From the NCBI GenBank assembly GCA_012729015.1, contig JAAYDY010000105.1:35296-99295 (forward strand): a DNA stretch of 64,000 nt. Direction: 5' to 3'. The translations under genes were made by a program, and so were the position numbers. The stretch is from Phycisphaerae bacterium. Its GTDB lineage: Bacteria; Planctomycetota; Phycisphaerae; FEN-1346; JAACEH01. The notes under the pieces were generated by a model that saw only the letters and a program-made list of their open reading frames with translations, did no database searches and was not told the DNA's origin. Shown piece by piece: positions 1 to 8,986 of the stretch; positions within the stretch are counted from its first letter, which is position 1; every line of letters starts with the position of its first letter.

Positions 1-148
1 GGATCGGTGAGGCTCGGCGTATCGTGAAGGCCGGTGTTGCGGCGGCCCGGGTCGGGCGGATGGAAAATGACGGCAGCAGGCTCTTGGCGAAGAAGGGCCT
101 GCTGCCGCTGAGCAAGAATGAGGCGGTGACGGCTGCTCGTGCCGTCAG

Positions 149-466
149 TTACTTGGCCATGTCCTTCAGAGCCTTCAGGGGCCGGACCTTAATGACGTTG
201 CGGGCCGGCTTGGCGGCGAAGACCTGCTCCTGCTTGGTGAACGGATTGATGCCCTTGCGCTTCGGCACGGCCGGCTTGTGCACGACCGTCACCTTCATCA
301 GGCCCGGAACGGTGAAGATGCCAGGGCCCTTCTTGCCGACTGCACTCTTGATCTCTGCGGCCAACGCGTCGAACACCGACGCGACCTGCTTCCGCGTCAG
401 CTCGGTGGCCTCCGCGATGTTGGCCAGAATCTCACTCTTCGTTGCAGCTTTGGCACTCTTTGCCAT
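149..466 (-). CDS. hup: HU/IHF-family histone-like DNA-binding protein
   Basis: 105-aa translation has the HU signature (…GFGTF…R.ARNP.TG… arm region, K/A-rich). ATG at 466 preceded by AGGAG. Confidence 0.8.
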   Translation of the reverse strand: MAKSAKAATKSEILANIAEATELTRKQVASVFDALAAEIKSAVGKKGPGIFTVPGLMKVTVVHKPAVPKRKGINPFTKQEQVFAAKPARNVIKVRPLKALKDMAK

Positions 467-659
467 TCTCTTGCTCCTTCGTCAACAGGGTTAAAGGGAC
501 GGGTGACCACAACTCCTTGGGTCGTCATTCTACGAGAACGTCTTGGCCATGGCAATAGGTGGTGCGAGTTTCTCCGCAGATTTCCGGCCTCTGGAAAGGT
601 GTCCCCGGGCCCCCTCTCCGCCCTGCCGTTGACCGTCCGGGAGCCGGTCCCGTGGCCGT

Positions 660-1433
660 TTACCGGTCGGCAAGCACGCCGACCAGGCGCAGCAGGCCGT
701 CGAGGATGGTCAGGGGATGCGGCGGGCATCCCGGCACAAACAGGTCCACCGGAAGCAGCGCCGCGATGCCATTGTGGACTTCGGGATGGTCGACGAAGGG
801 GCCGCCCGCGACGGCGCAACTGCCCACGGCAATCACGATCTTCGGCGCGGGAACGGCTTCGTAGGTCTTCAGCAGAGCCGTCCGCATGTTCTCGGTCACC
901 GGGCCAGTCACGAGGATGCCGTCGGCATGGCGCGGCGAAGCGACGAAATCGATGCCGAAGCGTTGGAGATCCCAGCCCACGGTGGTCAGAACGTTGCTGT
1001 CGGCCTCGCAGGCGTTGCAACCGCCGGCGCTGACCTGTCGCAGGCGAAGCGACCGTCCAAGGAAGCTGCGCAGACGATTACCCATGGCCGTGGCGAGCTG
1101 CAACTGCGCACCGGCCGCCAGCAGCAGATCCTCGCGCCGACTGACCGCCAGGCGATGATCGGTGGTGAACGCGATGGCCTGCTGCGGGCACGCCTCGGCA
1201 CAGCGTCCGCAGAACAGGCAGCGGCCCAGGTCCATGACCAGGCGGCCGTCGGGGCCGGCCGCGGCGGCGCCGGTCGGGCAGACGTCACGGCAGACGGAGC
1301 ACCCGGGCAGGCAGCGCGCGGGGTCGAGGGTCGGCCGTCCGCGCAGCCGATCGGAGACCTTCGGCGCAGGACCGTCGGGGTAGCGGAACGTGCGGTGTTT
1401 CTGGTGAAGTCGGGCCAGAAGAATGCTGATCAT
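660..1433 (-). CDS. Group-4 hydrogenase-like small subunit (NuoB-like) fused to an N-terminal 2x[4Fe-4S] ferredoxin (NuoI/HyfH-like)
   Basis: Two CxxCxxCxxxCP motifs at the N-terminus. The C-terminal NuoB/HycG-like domain carries GGCNACE, GSCAVAGG and PGCPP cysteines for a proximal Fe-S cluster. Confidence 0.8.
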   Translation of the reverse strand: MISILLARLHQKHRTFRYPDGPAPKVSDRLRGRPTLDPARCLPGCSVCRDVCPTGAAAAGPDGRLVMDLGRCLFCGRCAEACPQQAIAFTTDHRLAVSRREDLLLAAGAQLQLATAMGNRLRSFLGRSLRLRQVSAGGCNACEADSNVLTTVGWDLQRFGIDFVASPRHADGILVTGPVTENMRTALLKTYEAVPAPKIVIAVGSCAVAGGPFVDHPEVHNGIAALLPVDLFVPGCPPHPLTILDGLLRLVGVLADR

Positions 1434-1476
1434 CGTTCACCTTTCGCGGCGGGCCGGCGACCCGGCTCCGCCGGAC

Positions 1477-3003
1477 TCACAAATCGTGTCCGCAATACGA
1501 CAGGTTGAAGCTCTTGTTGCAGAGCGGGAAATCGGATATCTGCTGTCCGCGCAGTGCCAGCGCCAGGCCGAACCAGTTGTGCAGGGACGGATCGATGATC
1601 TTGTAGTGGGCCAGGCGGCCCGCGTCGTCGGTGGCGGCCACATGGCAGACTTCGCCGCGCCATCCCTCGACCAGCGTCACGACGGTGCGGCCAGGGGCCA
1701 GAGGCGGCATCGCGACGGCGATCGGCCCGTCGGGCAGGCCGCGGAGCTGGTCGCGGACAAACTCGACGGAACGCTGCACTTCGAGCCAGCGGACATACGC
1801 GCGGGCGAAGACGTCGCCGGAGTGCCACGTGGCGACGGGAACGTGCGCGAAGCTGAAGATGCCGGCGGGATGGTCGTGTCGCACGTCGAGGCCGATGCCG
1901 CAGGCCCTGGCGGCCGGGCCGACCAGGCCGATCTGGCGAACCGTCTCGGCGCTGAGCGTCCCGGTCTCTTCGAACCGGGCCATGACGGACGGCTTGTTCC
2001 ATAGCAGGTTGATCGCGGAGGCGGCGTCGGCAGCAACGGCATCCAGCCGGCGCAGCAAGTCGTCGGCACGGGCGGCGTCGATGTCGAATCGCACGCCGCC
2101 GGGGGTGAGCAGGCCGCGGCCGAAGCGGCTGCCGCAGAGTTGGGCCGTCATGTTGAGGCCGTCGCCGCGGATGCGTCCGCAGTAGCTGGCGGTGGGCAGG
2201 AAGCCGATGTCCCCGGCCAGGGCTCCCAGGTCGCCGATGTGACACGTCAGACGTTCCAGCTCGAGGGCGATGCCGCGGATGGCCTGGGCGCGGGCCGGGA
2301 CACCGACACCCGCAAGCGACTCCAGGGCCTGGCAGTATGCCGTGGCGTGACCGACGGTCGTGTCGCCGGCGGCGGTCTCGACGAGGTGAAGCGTGCGGGC
2401 ATCGGGGCCGCCGACAAGGCGTCGCTCGATTCCACGGTGCTGATAGCCGAGAGAGATTTCCAGATGCAGCACGGTTTCGCCGTGACACTGGAAGCGGAAG
2501 TGTCCGGGCTCGATCACTCCGGCGTGAACGGGGCCGACGGCGACCTCGTGGATTTCCTCGCCCTCGACGCGGAAGAAGTCGGTGACGCCGCACAGGGGGC
2601 CCTGCCCCGGATGTGCGAACACGCCGGCGCCTCGGGCGTAGGGCTCGTGGAAGCGGACCGGCTTGAGCCACGGGTGGCCCTTCGGGCGGATGTCCCACTG
2701 CTCGGCGATCTCGCGTTCGAACCAATGGGCCTGCGGACAGTCGGGCGTGAGAGCGGGGTAGTCTCGCTCCACACACGTTCGCAGGAGAGACAAGTGCGAC
2801 GTGCTGTCGGATGCCAGGACGGCGACGAGGCGGATTGCGCCGGGGGCGTCGGCGTCCGGTCGGCCGAACAGAGCGGCCAGTCGCATGCCTCCCGCCACGG
2901 CGGCTACAACCCGGTTTCGGAACACGTCGATGCCCACGTCCGGGACGGCGCCGAGGGGCGCCGCCTGCCCGTTGCGAAGGAGAAGGTCCGCGTTGACGGT
3001 CAT
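1477..3003 (-). CDS. NuoC-NuoD fused large subunit of a Group-4-hydrogenase-like complex (HycE/HyfG-like) lacking canonical NiFe cysteines
   Basis: N-terminal 30-kDa NuoC-like domain followed by a large-subunit fold (GPVHAG…YQHRGIE…, GWRGE). Region aligning to the HycE RxCGxCxxxH motif reads AAGDTTVGHATAY. C-terminus reads NLSYCGHDL instead of DPCxxCxxR/H. Confidence 0.8.
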   Translation of the reverse strand: MTVNADLLLRNGQAAPLGAVPDVGIDVFRNRVVAAVAGGMRLAALFGRPDADAPGAIRLVAVLASDSTSHLSLLRTCVERDYPALTPDCPQAHWFEREIAEQWDIRPKGHPWLKPVRFHEPYARGAGVFAHPGQGPLCGVTDFFRVEGEEIHEVAVGPVHAGVIEPGHFRFQCHGETVLHLEISLGYQHRGIERRLVGGPDARTLHLVETAAGDTTVGHATAYCQALESLAGVGVPARAQAIRGIALELERLTCHIGDLGALAGDIGFLPTASYCGRIRGDGLNMTAQLCGSRFGRGLLTPGGVRFDIDAARADDLLRRLDAVAADAASAINLLWNKPSVMARFEETGTLSAETVRQIGLVGPAARACGIGLDVRHDHPAGIFSFAHVPVATWHSGDVFARAYVRWLEVQRSVEFVRDQLRGLPDGPIAVAMPPLAPGRTVVTLVEGWRGEVCHVAATDDAGRLAHYKIIDPSLHNWFGLALALRGQQISDFPLCNKSFNLSYCGHDL

Positions 3004-4481
3004 TGCCGACCTCCCAGGGCCAGGGCTGCCAGTCGCAGCGCATCCTCAACGACAGGAGGCACGTAGACCCCCAGCACGAGCACCAGAACGGCCAGCGCCA
3101 GCGGCGGCAGGAACGTGCACGCTTGCTCGCGTGGGCGCGTCTCGGCCGCAAGCCGCTCCGGCGGAGCCCCGTAGGCCATCCGAAGCATGGCGGCGGCCAT
3201 GCCGATGAAGATGACGGCCAGCAGCGAGAGCACCGCGACGGCGACCCATGTGGCGTTCTGGTCGAAGGCCGCCTTGATGATCGCCAGTTCGCTGACGAAA
3301 GGGCCGAACGGCGGGCTGCCGCAGATGGCGAGAATGCCTGCAATCCACAGGGCGCCGGAGACGGGAAGAACGCGGATGGCGCCGCCCGTCCCGGCGACGC
3401 TCTTAGTGCGGTAGGCCGCCAGGAGGTTGCCGGCGACCAGGAAGAGCATGCCCTTGGTGAGGCTGTGGTTGAGGGCGTGGAGCATGGCGCCGAACGTAGC
3501 CGCGCCGCCGAGGCCGACGCCCAGAGCGAGGAGCCCCATGTGCTCGACGCTGGAGTAGGCGAGCATGCGTTTAAAATCGTCCTGTCGGATGATAAATACG
3601 GCGGCGACGGACATGGAAAGGAGGCCGAAGAGAATCAGCAGCGGCTGCGCGAATCCGGCGAGGCCTGCGGCGCTGCAGACCTGGAGAATGCGCAGGATGG
3701 CGAGGAAAGCGCAGTTGAGCAGGGCGCCGCTGAGCAGGGCCGAGACCATGGACGGAGCCTCGCTGTGGGCGTCGGGCAGCCAGGTGTGCAGGGGCGCCAG
3801 GCCCATCTTGGTGCCGTAGCCGACCAGGAAGAGCAGGAAGGTGGCCTTGAGCCAGGTGGGGTCGAGCTGGTCGGCCGCGGCGAGCAGATCGTTGAGGACC
3901 AAGGGGATGCTGCGGCCATCGGGCTCGGTGACGGCAATGGCGAGGAAGAAGTTGCCGAGCAGCGCGACGGCGATGCCCACGGAACAGACCAGGAGATACT
4001 TCCATGTGGCTTCGAGCGAGCGTTTTTGTCGGTGGAAGTAGATGAGCGGCGCGCTGGCCAGGGTGGTGGCCTCGACGGCGACCCAGAGGAGGCCAAAGTT
4101 GTGGCTGACGGTAACGAGGGTCATGGTGGCCAGGAACATGAGGAGGCAGGCGGTGAAGACGGCCTCGGGCTGGTTGGTGGCCAGGAATCCCTCGTCGGCC
4201 AGGCCGGTGGGGCGGCGGGCCTCGCGGGCGAGGTATCCGATTCCATAGAGCGCAGCGGTCAGGAACAGCAGGCTGAGGATGGCCAGGAAGACGGCCCCGA
4301 GCGGGTCCAGGAGGAGCCAGCCGCCGAGCTGCGGGCCGGCGGGGCGGACGAACGTGGCGGCAGTCAGACCGGCATGCCCCAGAGCAACCAGCACGAGGAG
4401 GGTTCGGCGCGCGGCGGCGGACCGGATGGCCAGAACGGCCGCAGCGGCGAAGGTCGGCAGGAGGATCAGGGCGACTATCAT
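3000..4481 (-). CDS. NuoM/NuoN-like antiporter-type membrane subunit (HyfF/HyfD-like)
   Basis: 493-aa polytopic hydrophobic protein of the complex I L/M/N (Mrp antiporter) family. Overlaps neighbouring genes in operon fashion. Confidence 0.75.
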   Translation of the reverse strand: MIVALILLPTFAAAAVLAIRSAAARRTLLVLVALGHAGLTAATFVRPAGPQLGGWLLLDPLGAVFLAILSLLFLTAALYGIGYLAREARRPTGLADEGFLATNQPEAVFTACLLMFLATMTLVTVSHNFGLLWVAVEATTLASAPLIYFHRQKRSLEATWKYLLVCSVGIAVALLGNFFLAIAVTEPDGRSIPLVLNDLLAAADQLDPTWLKATFLLFLVGYGTKMGLAPLHTWLPDAHSEAPSMVSALLSGALLNCAFLAILRILQVCSAAGLAGFAQPLLILFGLLSMSVAAVFIIRQDDFKRMLAYSSVEHMGLLALGVGLGGAATFGAMLHALNHSLTKGMLFLVAGNLLAAYRTKSVAGTGGAIRVLPVSGALWIAGILAICGSPPFGPFVSELAIIKAAFDQNATWVAVAVLSLLAVIFIGMAAAMLRMAYGAPPERLAAETRPREQACTFLPPLALAVLVLVLGVYVPPVVEDALRLAALALGGRQ

Positions 4482-4486
4482 GACGG

Positions 4487-5143
4487 TCAGTCCTTCAGCG
4501 CGGACAACTCGCCCGCGTCAATGTGATCGAATTCGCGGCTGATGTGGAAGATGATGATGCCCATGACGAAGACGGCCATGAAGGCGTCCAGGAGGATGCC
4601 AAGTTCGACCAGCAGTGCCTCCTTGAGGGCGAATCCGAGGCCGAAAGCCGTGATGCCGTTCTCGATGGACAGATATCCGACGACCTGCGTGAGGGCCTTG
4701 CGTCGGGCAACGATCATGAACAGGCCGACCATGAGCGTGAAGAGCGCCGCGGGGACGAGCAAGGGTGACGCCTGGACGCCGACGGGCAGCGGCAGGCGGC
4801 TGCCGATCCAGAGGCAGATGCCGATCAGGAGAACGCCGAGGAGCATGGAAGCGCCGAATCCGATGGCCGGCTCGACCTCTCGCCGCAAGTGCGTTTCGCG
4901 CAGGGCTCGCATGAGGAGCCACGGGAAGACCAACCCCTTGAGGACGATGTTGACGGCGGCCAGGACGATGCCGTGGGCGGCGAGGCCGCCGCTGGCGCCG
5001 ACGATGGCCAGGACGCCGAGCAGAACGCCCTGGAATGCCACGGTGTGAACGCAGGAGACGACGCGGCTGGAGCCCAGCAGCCGCAGATTCGTCATGGCGA
5101 TCAGCACGACGAGACAGTTGACCCAGAAGTCCAAGGTGCTCAC
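4487..5143 (-). CDS. HyfE-like small membrane subunit of hydrogenase-4-type complex
   Basis: Hydrophobic ~218-aa protein. The ORF extends to 5176, but a GTG at 5143 overlapping the upstream stop (GTGA) fits the operon junction better. Start uncertain. Confidence 0.55.
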   Translation of the reverse strand: MSTLDFWVNCLVVLIAMTNLRLLGSSRVVSCVHTVAFQGVLLGVLAIVGASGGLAAHGIVLAAVNIVLKGLVFPWLLMRALRETHLRREVEPAIGFGASMLLGVLLIGICLWIGSRLPLPVGVQASPLLVPAALFTLMVGLFMIVARRKALTQVVGYLSIENGITAFGLGFALKEALLVELGILLDAFMAVFVMGIIIFHISREFDHIDAGELSALKD

Positions 5144-6048
5144 CTCAGAACGAGAACCACCGCCAGAGCTGCACACGCCACGGCCGCCAGGAGCAACTGG
5201 GGCACGCGTACGAGACGAAGTCGGGCCATGGTGGACTCAACCACACCGATGCCCACCGCCACGGCCGCCATAGCGGCCAGAGCCAGGGCCACGTCGGCCC
5301 ACAGGACGCCGGTTCGCCATGGAACCAGGACCCCCACCAGCAGCGCGGCGAAGGCCCACTGCTTGAGCAGGGCGGCGTAGCCGGCAAACGCCAGGTCTGG
5401 GCCGCTGGTGTCGAGGATCATCACTTCATGAATCATCGTGAGTTCCAGGTGCGTGTTGGGGTCGTCCACGGGGATGCGGGCATTCTCGGCCAGCAGGACA
5501 ATGCCCACGGCGGCGGCCGCAAGCAGCAACACCGGGATACTGACCGCCGGGTTGGCAACGGCACCGGCCAGGAGTCCGCTGAGAGAGGGCGAACCGGCCA
5601 TGCGGGCCAGAGCGGCCAGGGCCAGCAGCAGGGCCGGCTCGGCCAGGGCGGAGAACGTGACTTCGCGGCTGGCGCCCATGCCTTCGAAACTGGACCCCGT
5701 GTCCAGGGCGGCCGCCACCATTAGAAACCGGACCAGGCCGAAGAGGTAAGCGAATACGATCAGGTCCCCGGCAAAGGACAATGGCGCGGCGGTCCCGCCG
5801 AACGGCAGCATCGCCAGGGCGGTCACGACGGCGGCCAGCGAGACGATGGGACCGGCCCTGAGAATCCAACTCGTCGTGCGACTGTAGACGGCTCCCTTGT
5901 GAAGCAACCGCCAGAGGTCGCGATACGGCTGAAGCACGGGCGGCCCGTTGCGTCCGGCGAAAGCGGACTTCGTCTTGTTGACAATGCCGGCCATGAGCGG
6001 CGCCAGGGCCAGTGCCAGCAGAGGATGTATCAGTTGCGTGGCATCCAT
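5140..6048 (-). CDS. NuoH/HycD/HyfC-like membrane subunit
   Basis: The C-terminal 302 aa of the 902-aa ORF (MDATQLIHPLLALALAPLMAG…) is NuoH-like. The upstream part of that ORF is an out-of-context Arg-rich artefact. ATG rev-comp at 6046-6048 lies directly after the stop of the upstream gene at 6051. Confidence 0.75.
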   Translation of the reverse strand: MDATQLIHPLLALALAPLMAGIVNKTKSAFAGRNGPPVLQPYRDLWRLLHKGAVYSRTTSWILRAGPIVSLAAVVTALAMLPFGGTAAPLSFAGDLIVFAYLFGLVRFLMVAAALDTGSSFEGMGASREVTFSALAEPALLLALAALARMAGSPSLSGLLAGAVANPAVSIPVLLLAAAAVGIVLLAENARIPVDDPNTHLELTMIHEVMILDTSGPDLAFAGYAALLKQWAFAALLVGVLVPWRTGVLWADVALALAAMAAVAVGIGVVESTMARLRLVRVPQLLLAAVACAALAVVLVLR

Positions 6049-6050
6049 CG

Positions 6051-8033
6051 TCAGCCGAGCTTCCAGACAAGCAACACCAGAAGGGTCAGAGCGATATAGA
6101 GAACGTACCACTGGACGCGGCCGTGCTGAATCCACCGGAGGCGGCTCAGCACTTCGCGCACACGTCGGAAGGCCGGGGCGATCAGTCGGTCTGTGAAGAG
6201 GTCGCCCACGTGTGTCTGAAGATGGGCCGCCGTCGGAAACAGTTCGACGATGGGGGCGGCGTCGCGCCTGGGGCGAAGCAGCCCGCGGAACAGGTCGACC
6301 AGCGGCTGGGCAAAGGATGACGAGGTATACTGCATGCGAGCAGTCGGGCGCTGGTATCCACAGTCCCAGGTGCCGCTCTGGGTGACGCTGCGCCCGGCGA
6401 GGAGCCGCCGCCGCAAGAGGACGAGAATGAGAGCGATGCCGATGAAGGCCGCCGCGGCAAGGACCACTCCTGTGAGCGGGGAGGAGGCGACGTTCAGGTC
6501 GATGGGCAGGCCGGCTGGTGCGGGACACAGCACGGCCAGTGGCGACGCCAAGCTGCGACCGATGAGCCAGGGCGACGCCACGCCGACGACGACGCATGCG
6601 ACCATCAACAGCGCCATGGTCGCCCACATGGTCCCCCCTGCCTCGTGGGCCTCGTCGGCCTCGGAAGTCCGCGGTTCCCCAAGGAAGATCGTGCCGCATG
6701 CCTTGGTGAAACAGGCCACCGCCAGCCCGCCGATGACGGCCAGTCCGGCGATGACGGCCGCTGTCGTGGCGCCGACCAGGAGATCGCCCGAGAGCATGCC
6801 GTTCAGCGCGGCGATGAAGACCAGGAACTCGCTCGTGAACCCGTTCAGCGGGGGCAGGCCGCACACGGCGACGGCTCCGAACAGAAACGCCATCGCGGTG
6901 CGCGGCATGCGTCGGGCCAGGCCGCCGAGTCGGTCGATGCGGGTCGTTCCGGCGGCGTGCAGAACGGCGCCGGCGCCCAGGAAGAGCAATCCCTTGAAGA
7001 GGGCGTGATTGAGAACATGCCACAGGGCGGCGGCATATCCCAGCGTCGCGACGGTCGGAGCGGCATAGGCGGTGCCGAGGACGCCCAGGCCGAGGCCCAT
7101 CGCAATGATGCCGATATTCTCGACGCTGCTGTAGGCCAGGAGGCGTTTGAGGTCGTGCTGTGCCAGGGCGAACAGGATGCCGAGGATGCCGCTGGAGAGG
7201 CCGATGGCAATGAGCAGCCAGCCCCACCAGGCGGGCGGCGGGCCGATGAGTGAGAGTATTCGCAGGAGTCCGTAGATGCCGGTCTTGATCATGACGCCCG
7301 ACATGACGGCCGAGACGTGGCTCGGCGCCGCAGGGTGCGCCTCGGGAAGCCAGACGTGCAGGGGCATGAAGCCCGCCTTGGTGCCGAACCCGGCGACGGC
7401 AAGCAGGAAACAGAGCGAGGCCAGGGCCGAGGTCATGCCACCGGCGTTCCAGTGGTCGAAATCGAGCGATCCGTGCTGGCGTGCCATAAGCACAAACAGG
7501 GCAATCAGGGCCGCCGTGCCGATGTGTGTGGCGACGAGGTAGGTCCACGCGGCGTGCCGCACGGACTCGCGGCGGTCGTCGTAGGCGACCAGGAAGAACG
7601 AGGCCAGCGACATCGTCTCCCAGGCCAGCAGGAAGAGGACGGCGTCGCGAGCGACGACCACGGCGATCATGCCGCAGGTCAGCAGGCTGTAGAAGAACCA
7701 GGAGACGCCGACGCGCGGGCCGGTGTCGTGGCCGAGATAGCGTGTTCCGTACACGGCGGCAACGGCGGTGAGGACAAGGATCGGCACGAGAAAGAGACCC
7801 GAGAGGGCGTCGAGGGCGACGTGAAACTCCCCAAGCGGCAGACCCCACGGACAGGCAATCGCGTCATGGGTGCCGCCCAGGACGGCGCGCAGCGCAGGAA
7901 CCAGGCCGACGGCGCTGCCTGCGATGGCGCCTACAGCCGCCAGCACGGAGGCGGCGCGGGGCCGACTTGCCACTGCCAGGGCCAGGAGACCCCCAAGAAA
8001 GATGATTGCGGTAGAGGCCAGGATCAGTTGCAT
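6051..8033 (-). CDS. NuoL/HyfB/HycC-like antiporter-type membrane subunit
   Basis: 660-aa polytopic protein of the complex I subunit L / MnhA family. ATG at 8033. Confidence 0.8.
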   Translation of the reverse strand: MQLILASTAIIFLGGLLALAVASRPRAASVLAAVGAIAGSAVGLVPALRAVLGGTHDAIACPWGLPLGEFHVALDALSGLFLVPILVLTAVAAVYGTRYLGHDTGPRVGVSWFFYSLLTCGMIAVVVARDAVLFLLAWETMSLASFFLVAYDDRRESVRHAAWTYLVATHIGTAALIALFVLMARQHGSLDFDHWNAGGMTSALASLCFLLAVAGFGTKAGFMPLHVWLPEAHPAAPSHVSAVMSGVMIKTGIYGLLRILSLIGPPPAWWGWLLIAIGLSSGILGILFALAQHDLKRLLAYSSVENIGIIAMGLGLGVLGTAYAAPTVATLGYAAALWHVLNHALFKGLLFLGAGAVLHAAGTTRIDRLGGLARRMPRTAMAFLFGAVAVCGLPPLNGFTSEFLVFIAALNGMLSGDLLVGATTAAVIAGLAVIGGLAVACFTKACGTIFLGEPRTSEADEAHEAGGTMWATMALLMVACVVVGVASPWLIGRSLASPLAVLCPAPAGLPIDLNVASSPLTGVVLAAAAFIGIALILVLLRRRLLAGRSVTQSGTWDCGYQRPTARMQYTSSSFAQPLVDLFRGLLRPRRDAAPIVELFPTAAHLQTHVGDLFTDRLIAPAFRRVREVLSRLRWIQHGRVQWYVLYIALTLLVLLVWKLG

Positions 8034-8036
8034 CGG

Positions 8037-8738
8037 TCAGTCGCCCTGCTGTCCGTGGCCGACCGATGCGAGGTTGCCCTCAACCTGCTCGACGCAGCGG
8101 AAGATCTCTTCGCGCGAGGCCTGGTTCTGCAGGACATCGCGAATCTTCGGCTCCCGCAGGACGAACGCCAGCCGCGACAGGAGATGCAGATGGGTTCTCA
8201 CGGTGGGACTGATCACGTTGAAGAGGATGCCGACGGGACGGCCGTCCAGTGCGGCAAAGTCGATGGGCTCTTCGAGGAACACCAGCGTGACCATGGGCCG
8301 GGCCACGTGCAGCACGATCGGATTGCGGACGTGCGGAATGGCGATGCCGTCGCCGATGCCGGTGGAGCCGAGCGATTCGCGGGCCAGCATGACATTGAGC
8401 AGAAACTGACGATCCACGTCCTCGGGCAGCGGCATGAGGCCCACAACCGACCGCAGAACGGAGGGCTTGTCCTTGCCTTCCACACGGTAGAAGACGCCGC
8501 CGGCCCTCAGCGCCTCGGTCAGCGTCGGTTGCGGCGCCTCTGCACTGACCGGTTCGGCGAACATGTCGGGCGAGACGTTCAGACGCTGGGCTGTTGCCCA
8601 TTCAAGCAACTCGCTGCGGTTGAAGCGATATTGCTCACCTACCTTGTAGGCAGGCAGTCGGCCCTGGCTGATCCAACGATAAATCGTTTTTTCAGAGACG
8701 CTTAGAATTCCAGCAGCGTCGCGAACAGTTAATCTCAT
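8037..8738 (-). CDS. Transcriptional regulator: excisionase/MerR-type HTH fused to a PTS EIIA(Ntr)-like domain
   Basis: N-terminus MRLTVRDAAGILSVSEKTIYRWI is an HTH. The C-terminal domain has an EIIA type-2 fold with GIAIPH (phosphorylatable His). Ends 3 nt before the hydrogenase-like operon. ORF may instead start at GTG 8750. Confidence 0.6.
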   Translation of the reverse strand: MRLTVRDAAGILSVSEKTIYRWISQGRLPAYKVGEQYRFNRSELLEWATAQRLNVSPDMFAEPVSAEAPQPTLTEALRAGGVFYRVEGKDKPSVLRSVVGLMPLPEDVDRQFLLNVMLARESLGSTGIGDGIAIPHVRNPIVLHVARPMVTLVFLEEPIDFAALDGRPVGILFNVISPTVRTHLHLLSRLAFVLREPKIRDVLQNQASREEIFRCVEQVEGNLASVGHGQQGD

Positions 8739-8986
8739 CGTTCCCACCACATTCTCGTCTGTCTCACCCGGTGGACATTACGGGACAGTCTACATCAGAA
8801 CTCCGCGTTGTCAAGCTGTTTCCCGCTGGGGTTCCCGCGGTGGGCGAGTCGATCCTCAGGATAGAGGCTTGATTCCCTGTGACGGACATCGGTACGATGC
8901 ATGGTGTCGTACTGTCATTTCGATGACCCTGCGTGGAGCCGCAGCGATCACATCTGTAGCCGTCCGGACAAGGGGGGGAGCCTATC

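Noticed and set aside
451-464. TGGCAC…TTGC sigma-54-like element
   Set aside because: GG-to-GC spacing is 10 nt instead of 12. It also lies inside and antisense to the 5' end of the HU gene.
1430-3343. 637-aa and other long ORFs antisense to the Ehr-like operon (1430..3343, 3003..4526, 7317..8705)
   Set aside because: Translations are extremely Arg/Pro/Gly-rich low-complexity strings with no domain resemblance. This is the usual artefact of open frames opposite real genes in ~68% GC DNA. The sense-strand genes have coherent homology.
5140-7848. 902-aa ORF annotated in the track
   Set aside because: Only the C-terminal 302 aa (from MDATQLIHPLL…) are NuoH-like. The upstream 600 aa run through the HyfB-like gene in another frame and are Arg-rich nonsense. 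True start set at 6048.
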